A stretch of DNA of 64,000 bases from Lama glama (lineage: Eukaryota): the NCBI GenBank assembly GCA_028534125.1, contig CM052816.1, positions 73,534,001-73,598,000 on the forward strand, in the 5' to 3' direction. Each line of letters starts with the position of its first letter. Position 1 is the first letter of the stretch. The notes under the pieces are model-generated. The model saw only the letters and a list, made by a program, of their open reading frames with translations. It was not told the origin of the DNA and ran no database searches. A program made the position numbers and the translations under genes. Positions 13,870 to 26,450 of this stretch are shown here, piece after piece.

Positions 13870-14720
13870 TCTCTTTTTAGCACTCTATTATATCTGTATA
13901 GTATCTGAGAGTAAAATGTTTTTCTCAAAATTACATATTTTTGAAGGTAAAATTAGACTGTTTTAAACTATTTTTCCCAATGAAATATAAGGCCCCTTTG
14001 ACAAATTAAACCACTGAAATTGTGATTGAAATTGTGTTAAACACATAATAAATAAAAAACTTAAATATTTATAATATCCATATCTCTTTATACTCATCTT
14101 TCTTTTATATCTATCCCTCCAAAATTTTGTTTCTTCCTATAAGTTCTTCCATATTTTGCTTATGATTATTTCTTGTTTTTACTTTCCATAATTTTATAAA
14201 GGGATTATTTTCATCTTGTTTTTTTAATAGTAGTTGGCATGTTTTTAAAAAACTATTAATTTTAAGTACTTGTAATGATCCAACTTAAAGAACTATTAAC
14301 GTTTTCAGTAGATTATTTTGTTGTTTTAGTTAGGTAATCCTATCACTGAAAGATAATGATAGCATGACTTACTCATTTCAATACACATCCTTCTAATTTT
14401 TGTTTAATTTTGCTGTATTGCATTGAGTTGAACTTCTTTGTTAATGTTAAATACTAGTTGTGTCAGTGGGTGTTGTTCACCTAATATTAAACTGTATTTG
14501 AATTGCTGGATAAATCTCACATGATCATAATGGCATCTTTTTATGTTGTTACTATTGAATTTGATTAATTAGCAGTTTATTTCAGATTCAATGATAGCTT
14601 TCTTTCTGTATCTTTGTCATATTTCAGTGTCAGATGTATGCTTTTTTTACAAAATAAATTGGGATTATTAATATAGCATGGGTTTGCCTGCTTGAGAATA
14701 TTTAATAATTTTCACAAGTA
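13870..14720 (-). mobile_element. Ancient L1 fragment (continuation of the previous one)
   Basis: GAAATTGTGATTGAAATTGTGTTAAA; TAGGTAATCCTATCACTGAAAGATAATGATAG; CTGGATAAATCTCACATGATCAT resemble antisense L1 ORF2 DNA. Confidence 0.6.
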
Positions 14721-17044
14721 TTACCACTAGATTCTAGAGCCATCTTTAGGATTGGAAAAATTGTTTTACAATAGTGGTAGTAAGGGTGGTATTTTATCTT
14801 ATTAAAAACCAATCCTTTTCTCAGTTTGAGTCAGGAGATGAGGAATGTAAGTTCCGAGATATTAGAGGGTCACCTTCGGTATTGAAGTCATTATCGTTAT
14901 TAACATTAACTAATTATATTCCGATATTTTTAATATTCAAGAATGTGAACAGTTATATGAGTTATTAAAATAGGTATGCATATGTAATAAAGCATATTTT
15001 ATAGAATTTGTTTACAGAATTTTTTTCCATTTTCACAATTTGTACTTTTCCAATATGCATAGTCAGTAGGGAAGAAAACAGTAAATTAAAGCTAGACATA
15101 CAGGCAAAGTCTAAGCATGTAACTTTATTACTATGTGAATTTGTACAGAGGACTCGTTTTCTGTAATTAGCTTCCATGTATTTAACAATGAATCAAAATA
15201 GTGACCTACATACAGCTTCACTGATCTCGATTAATGATGTTCAAGATGTAAATCAGTGAACAAGTTTAGCATACCAAAAGTTGTATTTGACATGTAGGTT
15301 TGGGATCATAAAATCAGAATGTTCCTTCCATTAGAATTCCCAAGAAGACTTTGTTTAAATTTTCTTTTATTTTGATAAAATTTCTTTAATATGAAAAGAG
15401 AGTTTTATTATAGGCTAAGATATATACTAAGTAAAAGATTAGCTATGAACAGGACAAGACAGACAGCCAAACTGGAAGCTTTTCAATTATTAAAATTATC
15501 AAAATGTCTTGATACAAAAAAGAAATCTGGAGACTTTTCTAATCTAATAGCACTTCTTAAGGGAAAGTGGAGAAGGTCATTTCCTCTCATCATTAGGACG
15601 CATCAGTGTCTCTTGGTGAGTCACCATTGTTATGAATGACCTTTGTTATAGTTGTGACCCACATATTCCCACCTGCAAGCATAAGTCCTTAACAGCTGAT
15701 GGTTAGAAAAATACAAGTTATTTAGATTTTTAACTAATCCCCTTGATGTTATTCACCAGTCTTTATATTGAAGTTAAATTCCAAGCCTGGCACTACACAG
15801 AAGAGTTTAAATTAAACCAAATTTAATACTTTTATAAATCGTATAGAATGAACGGGGGAAATATTCAAGTGTGAATGATTGGGAGAGAGAGAAAAAAGTT
15901 CTTGGCTATAGGGATTTTTCTCATGGTCAGTTATGATTTCAACCAGCATTTACGATCAGTTTCCACCAAGCCTTCCCTCCTTTTGTTTATGACCAATATC
16001 TTTATTTTCCAACCAACTAAGCAATATCAGGCATCAGCTTCCCTGTTTGCCAGGCATTGCCATCTCAAGTGGTAGATATGTTGCCAAGCACTTTTTTTTA
16101 CCTAGAGCTAGTGGAAAGATATTTGGCTGGGATTGAAAAATTCAGCAGGGGTAACCACCAGTTGTGTAAAGATAGGCAATCCATTTAACTATTCTGTCGT
16201 TGTCTGATCCAAATTATTGACATTCTCTAATATGATCTCTCCTACCACGTCTATTGATACACTTCTAAGGCATTTCTGATTCAGTTTTTCTTGTATGAAT
16301 TGACCATATTCTCCTTCATAGTTGGGGTGAACTAGGAGAAAATTTAGGTTGGTACTGGGTTTCAAGACATTTTTGTAGAGGCCAACTAGGAATATTCCAA
16401 ACACACTCGAGGAAAGGGCTAGACGAAGCGGTATTTTTCAAATGGATTCTCACTCTAGAATGCAGGGATAATAAGGTAAAAGAAGATACAAAGATTAACA
16501 TTATGGGCATAACAACAGGACATTTAAAACATTATTCAGGAAGATGGTTTAGGGCATCACAAAGTTTCGAGCAACTGAGGTTTGCTGGAAGCAGAACACT
16601 GATAGGATAAACTTGGAGTAACATTTACTGTTATTGTAAGGAAGCTACAGTACCCTTCCAAGTTGTAAGGGGCAAAAGAGGTGAGGAGCACCAGGTGACC
16701 AATTGTTTCTGAAAAGAAAGGGCCAGAAGAATTAGTGTAAGGGAAGGAAAGCTCTGAGGGAGTGGGAGACCAGATCTAAAACACAGATGAGCGTATCAGG
16801 CTCTGCCTTCCCTCCTCCTGCCAGCTCCTCCCTCTTCTCTCAGTAACATGCCCCACACATACACTACACATGTAGAGACAGCGGGATCCAGACACACATC
16901 TTTTATTATTCAAACTGGCAGCCTCAGCATCATCTCCTTCCACTGCTAAAAGAGGCAGCTGCTGAGAATACAGAAATCGTATCACACAGAGTTGGAATCT
17001 GTTAGTCAACCGGAATTAACATTTTGAAAACCAATGAAATGCAA

Positions 17045-17230
17045 CATAATCTAGTGGTTAAAAGCCTACACATTTGACGTCTTATATATGAGTTCAGACT
17101 TTGAGCTCTTTTAATTTCAACTTCCTTATGTATATAATGGGGTATATAATGGAGTCATCAAGGTTGATTACCACAGTGTTCTAGGCATAGGGTCAAGTAC
17201 ATAGTGATATCCTATAAATTGGAGCTATTA
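17045..17230 (+). mobile_element. MIR SINE, degraded
   Basis: ATAATCTAGTGGTTAAAAGC...TTCAACTTCCTTATGTATATAATGGGG. Confidence 0.5.
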
Positions 17231-17787
17231 TTAATCTCCTTATTGACTTTATCATAGTTATATCTTCATTTTTTCTCTTCCCCTCTGTGAAATGAACTCA
17301 TGAAAAAACATCACACTTGTCTTCCTTGTTCAGGTCTATACCCTTAGTACCTAGCACAGTACTTTGAATATAGATAATAGTTTTCTGCTGCTAAACTTAG
17401 ACCGCTCTTTCTGGAAAGAAATCCTACTATGCAAGAGGTCATTGCATCTGGCCATATGTACTCATTGTGACATCAATACAATTTACTTCTGTAATAAATT
17501 ATACAAATATGGTGAATATTTTCTGTCTAGGCTGGTTTTAATGGGTTTTTTTTTTACATAACTATAGAATTATAAAATCCTGACTTGTGCCCAACACTTT
17601 CTAATTTTTTGTAGACCTATCTGTTAATTAAAATTAAGTAAAATATAAACAAAAATTAGGAGATTATATAAGTCCAAATGCATATACTGTGATATTAAGA
17701 CTAGACTTAGAAGCTTTCTAGAGATGGCAAGTGATCAAGAGCAGTGTGGCTTTGCCACATAAGCCCTTCAGTCTGGTGGATTGATTT

Positions 17788-17858
17788 CCTCCTCCTCCTC
17801 CTTTTTCTTCTTATCCTCCTGCCCTTCTCTTTCCTCCTCCTTTTTGCTCTCCTCTTCT
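17788..17858. repeat. (CCT)n / CT-rich low-complexity tract
   Basis: Read directly; nearly pure pyrimidine on the + strand. Confidence 0.85.
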
Positions 17859-17949
17859 AACTAGAAACTTACTTCTTAGCACATGCTAGATATGTTTTCT
17901 TTCTTACTTCAACCAAGTATGTACCAAAGAACACTAATCACTTAACCTC

Positions 17950-18030
17950 TTGCTACATATAGTCTTAGGACCAGTAGCATTGAAATAACTTGTGAGTTCG
18001 TAATGCAGAAGCTGGGACCCATCTCAGGCA
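17950..18030. mobile_element. MER5-like fragment
   Basis: GGACCAGTAGCAT...ACTTGTGAGTTCGTAATGCAGAA..GGGACCCATCTCAG. Confidence 0.45.
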
Positions 18031-18097
18031 ATGTGGATAAAGCTTGAGCAAGCAACTCTTTGCCAATCTTGTGGGTGATCTAGGGAAGATTTGGTTT

Positions 18098-18116
18098 CAC
18101 CCACTAGAGGGCAGTA
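18098..18116 (+). promoter_or_regulatory. CTCF motif, forward
   Basis: CCACTAGAGGGCAGTA (18101-18116) fits the consensus CCASYAGRKGGCRS at every position. Confidence 0.7.
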
Positions 18117-18344
18117 GCACATGTACACCACTAAGCACTGCATGTATTTTCCAAGTATAATTAAAAAGTTAACAACCACCACAGTTGCCAAAGGGACAGT
18201 ATGCTTAGTTTCTTTGAAGGGAAAACAAGAAAGTCAAACCAAGTTAGAGAAATTCAACATGTGAAATTAATGATATAAGCAGATCCATGGCACTAGCTTA
18301 GTATAAAATCAGGTGCCAAAACCTAAATTGTAATGTTGGCTCTT

Positions 18345-18500
18345 GTTCATAGATTATAGAATTGTAAAGCTGGAAAAGGCTTTGATAATCACCTCAGGGG
18401 CAACCTCCTTATTTTACAGAAGAGGAAGGAGACTCCGAGAGGTTTACTGGCTCTTCCAAATTCATACAGCTCACATTCTGCCAAGCCAAACCTGGAACTA
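18345..18500 (-). mobile_element. MIR (MIR3/MIRc-like) SINE
   Basis: ATAGAATTGTAAAGCTGGAAAAGGCTTTGATAATCA...CAACCTCCTTATTTTACAGAAGAGGAA. Confidence 0.65.
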
Positions 18501-21500
18501 CTACCAACAGACTCCCTACCAAGAGTAAAAAGAGATTTTAACAAGAGGCTAAACATATCTATGTAGTATTCTACGGTAAAATGGAGTTCATACTCGTGCT
18601 TTACACAGATGGTGGGTTTAAAACTGTTAGCTGTTGTTTCCTTAGAGGGAGGAGATAGAAATGCAGGCATTTGCCTTTTTTTCCCTTCAGTTTATATTCA
18701 GCTCCACTACCAGCAGAACACAGCGTAGATGTCTCCAGCTACAAAAGTGTCCACATGTAAATATCAACCAATCACTAAGTATTGAGTAACCGTAAGATTC
18801 ACGGCACTGTTTCACATTCCTTTTATCATAATGCTAGCATGATTTCTGCTCTTGGTGGTCTTGAGTTATGTGTGTTTTTCTAGCTTGGCTGGTAACTGCT
18901 TTTAATTCTTGATCCCATATGTTTTTTGCATGCGAAATAGGATCAACAACATTATGTCAGACCCAAAGATCCAGAAGGTGATGAAAACTGAGCTGGTGGA
19001 TCCTCATTCATCTAAGAAGCTGGAAAGGCTTTACAGAAAAAGAAACCCTAATTGCACATACAACACCCTCAGTAAAACTTGCTCACATGTCTTCAAAATG
19101 AACTTTTAAAGAATGCTCTAAATGTCAATGCTTTTTTAGAAAACTTTGAACCAAACATGGACATTGCATGAGAAGAATTTCTGAATCTCCAATTAAAGGC
19201 ACAGAAGACCCACATTTTCAATTTCCTCTTCCTTTTCTCTTTCTCTAACTTGCCAATGCAATTACTTAATAAAAACTAAAATCACATAAAATTAGGTATG
19301 AGCATTTGGATGTTGATGTATATAATGCAAGCAGTTTCTTAGACAGAGTTCCAGTCTTTGACCAAAGCCCCAGGAAGAAAAATGTGGTGAGGCAAAGTTT
19401 TAGTGGAGTGACCCCAGCAACAACAACAAAAAAAGCTTCAAAAATAAGGGCATACAATTTTTAAGGAATATCTAATCTTGCTTAATTTGTACCTTGACAA
19501 AGAAATTTAAATCTAGCTCCCAAATAAGTTCTTGTGTCTCCTCCCATTTACCCATCTCTCCTCTTACCTTTAGCCTCAGGTGATAAATGATGTTATAATC
19601 AACTGCCATAATTTTAGTAGCCATAACTGTTTATACTGAGAGTTACCCACAAGCTCACTTTAATTACCAAGAATATGAATGTAAAACACAGCTGCTAAGA
19701 TTGGATCAGAGTCTGAAGTAAAATATCTAAGTAGTTTTTTTTTTCTATTTTAAACTAAAAAGGAAATCATCTTAGCAAAAAGTGATGATATCTGATCCAC
19801 TGAGTTAGTAACCCATAATTTAAACAGTTGAAATTTTAATTTTGATTTTCCTAAGGATAAACAAGATTATATACTATTTACATAGGGTGTGTGTCTTCTC
19901 TACCATAAGAACAGTATAACCACCGTAAAGAAAAACAGTAGCATTTAATAAACTTTATTTTTTAGCGTTCATATAAATGTATATACAGTTATTTTAGGAG
20001 GGGGTATTATTACCACTTGGGCTCACTCTATTTTATCTGAGAATACCCTTTTCTTCCCATTATAATAAAAAAAAAACAGCTCTCAATCATTGCCAGTAAT
20101 ATTAGTGGCATACTCATGTTTATATCTCAAATATGCTTTTAATTTTCTGAAGCAGAGGCAAATTGCTGGTGATATCTTAATGTTTTGAGGTAGTTAATGC
20201 CAAAAGGCTTGGACCTGATCTTAAACTGAATATTTCCCAGATGTGTAGTAGGGTGAAAGGTGGAACAACTAACAGAGACCAACTTCCTATCCATGTTAGA
20301 CTGACTTAGGTGAATTTTCAGTAAGGATTAATTAGACTCTGAGACCTTATAAGCAGTCAGCTTCACGGCTCCCAGAGATAAAAGCTGGGGACCTGCTCAG
20401 TTGTAACATAAGCCATATGTTGAGAAAGAGAAGTATCAACTACTACTATCTCCTTACACCTTGTTTATAATGCTCTTTTAGCCAACTTTCTTTTGAAAAT
20501 CCAATACTTTGGGAAATGTTGAAAAGCTATTTTCTAAAGGATTAAAAAGCTTAGTTTTTGAGTATCAGATATTGAAGTAGCAAAAAAATATACAAAACAT
20601 TTAATTCATATGGACAAGCTCATAAATATAAAAAGACAGCTTAAGAATGACAAGAGGAAACTGCTGTTAATGTGTCTTGTCCTCGGCCAGCTCTGTGCCG
20701 ACAGATACCTTGGACACTGATGCCCTGAAACTCTATGTCTCCGTGGGGAGCCAGGCTGCCCATTTTAGAAAGAGGAATTTGGCACAAATTTACAGTTGTT
20801 CGTCCAGATTCAGTAGAGACTAAAGATGAACTGGAACAAGATCTTGCCAATTATTCATTCTTAAGGGTTGGGTGCTTTAACTTGACAAGATTTTGTCACC
20901 TAAAACAGCTGTTTTGTGTTGGAGACTAGATGGTAATTTTGTCAGAACTAGTTAGAAGGTCTGAGCCATAAATGTCAAAGCAAATGATCCTGATATTGGG
21001 TACGTGCTCATTTTGTGATATTTTTCATTTAAATTATCATGTGGATATAAGTTCTGGTTTAGACTGGTGGTGATGAAGTAGATGACGATGAAGTTAAGCT
21101 AAAAGCCTATTATCAAAATTTGTCAGCCAATTAGGAAAAGACCTGCTTCCACAAACATAATGAGAACTAGACTTGGTCAAGTCAAAAGAAATCAATCTGA
21201 TGCAATTATTTGCTAACAGTAAAAGCAAAATCTTCATCAATAAAATCAATTCTTCAAATACGTCGTTATTCTGGATAGAAATCTACTTGAAATAATTTTT
21301 CTTAAATGGTTTCCTTCTTCTTAGACTTTTAAAAATCATTTATTATTAACAGGTGAGATTGTTTAGGTTGTAGTAAGGAATAATGGAGATGTAAAAAATC
21401 TATCTGAAATCTATCTTGCAAAGCAGGTAACTGTATATTTTTTATGCTTATAATAAATTCTGCCAGAAAATCTTATCTACCAAAAAAGTTAGTGGGTCAA

Positions 21501-24500
21501 TATTTTGCTTCAATTTAAAAGTCAAAGACATTTCTAACTTTTCAGCGTGATTACTTGACATAGTAGTTAGCTAGCAAGGTCAACTGAAAAAGGAAAACTA
21601 TCAGATTCCAAAGAGTAGTACACTGCTCACTCTACAGGGAGGGGTTCAATGAAGTTAAAAGAAAAAACTGTGGAAACAATTTTCAAGCACAGCCATTTAA
21701 CAGTATAGTGTGTACATCCCTTGAAGTGTGTGAGTGGAAAGACAGCTAAGAAAGTGTCTCTGAAGCTCTCTTTTTGGAAATCAACTTTGTATATAACTGG
21801 ACAAGACATGTGGCACAAGTCTGTGCAATTAGCTCACATAGCCTAGTACCGCAAACATAATTATAGGCGGCTGTTTTTGTTAACTGGCAGGTTAGAGAAA
21901 CAATAAAAAGGGGAGCTGATGACGATGAAAGAGGAAGGGCGTGAAATGGTTGTACTCTTCTCAGTAGCTTTTAACTCCCGACATAAAGAAAAGACTTTGT
22001 CAAACTCTCCATCTGGACTTGAAGTGTTGACTGAGAAGGCAAAGAAGGATGAGAAGGCTGTTTGTTGGCTACAGGAATAAAGATAGGCTCTCCCAGCAAG
22101 TCAGAAAGCTGTTAAGCACTCAAGAGGAAAACACTCATCAGGGTTTTAGAGTCAACAACCAATTGTTTATATTTGGACATTCGCAGCAGACCTCATTACC
22201 TTAACATCCTTGACCAAGTTTGTGAGGCAAAAACCATCCAGGGTGTGCACTGGGATACTGGACTTTGTGGTTAGGTGACTTCTTTGTTTAACCTTTTTAA
22301 ACAGGTTCTCATGATTGTACACCTATGAAAGGAAAGGGAACAGAGTAGTCCTTGGTTTTGGCTGTGACTGAAGCAAGTAGAATTTAGTAGGAAAAGATTG
22401 AGCAGAATACTGTAGGCTTGGGACACCTTTTTATTCTTTCTCTTCCTATAACATGCACATCATAGTGGTTCTTTTTATGCTCAATAGCTGGCTTTCCAAC
22501 ACAGAAAGCATCAAATATTTGTCAATGTGATTTTCATAAGGTTGTATTTGGTAATCAGTCCCTCAGGGTACCTGTGCTTTACTTTGAGTCGAAGGAACAT
22601 CCATAAAATAATATGAGGACTCAGTCTCCAGGACAGAGACCATGCTGAGGTTAGAAGACAAATTGGGGCAAGGTGGGGCATACAGAGGGTGGTGTGTTCC
22701 TCTATATTCCTGTCTGCCGTAGAAGGTGAGGATGAATTGGCTTGTGATTTTACCCCATGGAGTACTCTGGGTAGAAATGGCACACTCAAATAAAAGAAGA
22801 ATCCTTGTCAAGGGAGAATATATTTCCTTTCCTCTCTCCGGAGAAAAACAAGTTTTCTGAAGTTGAAACTGGTACTTTGCACATGAATTCAATTCCTTCA
22901 GATAAATTACTGATTTGTTCATGATTATATATTGGGTATCTGTGATGGACAAGGTGTTGGCAGTACAGATGTGACCCATACAGAGAAACAGAAAAGTCAT
23001 GCTTTCAATAAACTAAGGGCAAGCTGAGCTCTTCTTACCTCCAGCCAAACACGCTCTCCTCTTTCTTCACCATAGTTCTCATGTGCATACTGAACATTTC
23101 TCTTTGACATGAAAATATGCCTAGTTCTTGTATCAGTGCATAAAGGTGTAAGTTCAGCTATAGGGTAGCTGCAACCCATCCGTAAGTAAAAACTGCTTAA
23201 TAGAGTTCTAATCCCGAGTTCCAGTTCCATGTTCTGCCATAGTTTAATCAAATTTTTCAAGCCTTTTAAGTGCATTTCCATTTTTATTTGTCTCTTTTTA
23301 GTTTTTTTAAATTAAAAAAATTGTTTTTTCTAACTGGTTGTTTATATAAGACAGACGTACATGTTTCTATTCATCTATCTATTTAATAACAGTTACTGTG
23401 ACATGTATGCCATCTCGTGGGTCCTGAATTTCTGAGTCTGCTTTGGTAATACATGGAGGCTTCAAATATACACCCTTCTAAAATTAAATTACGACACTAA
23501 CTTTGATTCCTATTTAGACATAATTTGTAAAGATTCTTATATGAAAACAAGTAAGATTTACTTTGAATCTTACCCAAGAATAATCTATACTGAAACATTT
23601 CAGTGTTTGTACTAAATTTAATTATATTACAATCACAAATTTTCCAACCTTCTAGAATTAGTAGGAGAGGAAATATTTACAATAGAAATTGAATAGTATG
23701 AAATTATTCCTCTTTATGAACGTTTCCATTAATTTATTAGCCTGACTTGCTAAAAAATCAACCACTTTACACAAATGTGTTTTGCCAATTTGATGACAAT
23801 TTGACAAATCATTTTCAAATTTGGATTGTCCTTTTCAGCTTGTTTCTCCTACCTTATATCCATGCACCAAAATCTTAATCAACATACATTATTATAAATT
23901 AGTTACTTTATTTCAGTTGAATGTAATAATTATTTGACAATACTAGCTAATCAGAATTGAGCACATCAATTCAAATACCTTCTTGCAATTGAGTATATGA
24001 ATTATATAATATTGAGAGTCTTTCTTTGGTGGGAAAGGCTTTATGATTTTGACAAATAAATGTAAAGTTCCTCAAAATATAAAATGTGGAGTTTTATTCA
24101 GCTGAACTGCAGTATACTACAAAGAAGTTTAAGATAACTTCTTTGAATTTTTTTCCAAATTTTTTAACATTTTAACAATTTTAGATAAAATTTAATTGAG
24201 TAAAATAAGCCATTTGCAACTAGCATGGTTTGGATATATATGTTAATGCAAGATATACAAAATCAAGTCAATTCAATAATTTTAATTCTCTTTGTGTTTC
24301 TTCTCCGTTAACTTTAAGTTTGTAGCATCCTCTCTCTTTTTTCCTATAAATTGGATCCCGGAAATAATATCTTATATGCATGAGAACTCAAGTACATAGT
24401 CGTTACAATCTATCTTCTACTATTAAATGCTGAATGTTCAGCATGTTTTTTTCAGAACAGTTTATCAAGACTTGCACAGGATGGGTATGAAATAACACTT

Positions 24501-24508
24501 GTCTAATG

Positions 24509-24511
<3 letters not shown>

Positions 24512-24547
<36 letters not shown>

Positions 24548-24560
24548 TATATATATATAT
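24512..24560. repeat. (AC)17 followed by short (TA)n microsatellite
   Basis: Read directly. Confidence 0.97.
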
Positions 24561-26269
24561 CCCCACTTATTTGCCCCTTGGCATTTTTTAAAGCCCTCCT
24601 AGAAGGTTCTGTTGGTTATTTGGGACCAGCATCAACATATAATGTTCTCTTATCCATCAGTTTTCACTTTAAAATTTGGATCAGATAGATCATGTTTTCT
24701 CTTAAAAGGTATGTGCACTTTCTCAAAAGTATACTATTTTAATCCGATTTAAGCACTGATTTTTAAATAAAATATCATATGGAGATAATTTCTGGGTTTT
24801 GTCCACCATGGTAAAACAGGTATTATGTGTCAGGTAGAATTCATCTTATCTCGTAATTTCTTTATAGATAGCTTGTTAAGACAACAAAACAACAAAAATA
24901 TTCAGCAGGAGTTTAAAAACCACACAGAATAGTTCATTTCCTACGTGTAGTTACAAAGAACAATAAGGGATTTATGTTGGATTCCAGTGTCAATCACTGG
25001 TTATATCTCACTTAAGAAGGAGTAATACCCTCCCCCAACATGTGCTTAGGTGCATCTGTTCTTAGAACATCTTTTCCTCGCCCAGCGTTGTTTTTCCCAG
25101 GCTGTCTATGTCAGAATATCTGACTTCCACACTGAATTTCAATCTTTTGTTTTCCTACTGTCTCAAAATACTATTTTTAAGTACCAGGAAAATCCTTTAT
25201 ATTGATTTCTAGGTAAGTATTCCCTCTATCATGCTCTGCAAAATACTGGCTGTGTGCTTTACTAGCGATTAGAAATCAATGTATGATGCTGTCTTCTTCT
25301 ATTTCCAACCTAAGAGATCTGTTTTCTTTGCCAGCTGTGTGGCAAATGACAGCATTTCCATGAACTTTGGAGACAAAGAATCACTTCTAGTTGGTGTATG
25401 ACCAAGGACAGTCTTCAGTCCAGAGGGCCATGACCTTCCCTGAGTATCTTGATTAAATGTCCCCTTTTCAGCAGAAGCCAGGATTCCTTACTGTAATATG
25501 ATGAGTTACAGAAATACATAGTTCTATATATGGAAAATGAATCAGTGTTTCAACTTGTTAAGTATATAGAAATAGGTAAATTGGGGTTTTTTTGCACAAT
25601 CGAATAAAAATACACATACCAAATAGTCTTGTCTATATTTCTTATCAAGTATTGTATAATTATCCACTATCCACGTAACAATGGAAAAAATCTTTGAGTT
25701 AAGAAACTATATACTATTCCATAACATGATAAAAACTTCACAAATTTCAAAATATGTGTTCACAGTGGGCCTTGAGCTTGAACTCAAAACTTGTCCTACA
25801 TTAAGTATTTTAAAATACTTAGGGCTGTTCATTCTTAGCTAATTTGTGAAACTTCAGTGCATCAACTTTTTCTTACTAGAAACCCAACATCAAGATGTGC
25901 TCTACTGACCTGTTTATTCTTTTCACTAAATTGAGGAGAAAAGATATTCTGTATCATATTTACCTATAGTAAAGAAATTCATTAAAACTTTAGTAAATGT
26001 GATAGACATTTTAAAGGAGTATTTTTTGAGTAAATATCTGTATTGACATGGACTGGTCATTTAGCAAAAATATGTCATGAAGTAATTCCTCTAACCCTTT
26101 ATATTGGCTTTTAAATTTTTTCTTCCTTAATAAATAAAATGCAGTGGTCAAGCTCAACTGGAATGAATTGTTTCTATGTAATGAACAAGATAAACTAGTC
26201 TATAAAACATTAAGTACATAGAAAACTTTTGCTTGGCTGCCAACAATTTTTAAATGTTTATAGGAGCCT

Positions 26270-26450
26270 CATGCTGTAGTAGAAAGAACATGTACTAACT
26301 ATTTATTTCAGGCTCTATGTAATCTTCTGGAGGTGCTTGGATAAGTCTCTGGCTATCCCTAGGTCTCCTGGTGTCATCTATTACAGAAAGGAATCAGAGA
26401 TAAACCAGACGATCTCTAGATTTCATCAAGCTCCTCTCTGACTCTACAGT
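26270..26450 (+). mobile_element. MIR-like SINE, degraded
   Basis: ATGCTGTAGTAGAAAGAACAT...CTTGGATAAGTC...CCAGACGATCTCTAGA...CAAGCTC. Confidence 0.45.

Noticed and set aside
22511..23281. Overlapping minus-strand ORFs (92-145 aa)
   Set aside because: No recognisable protein family; random-looking composition.
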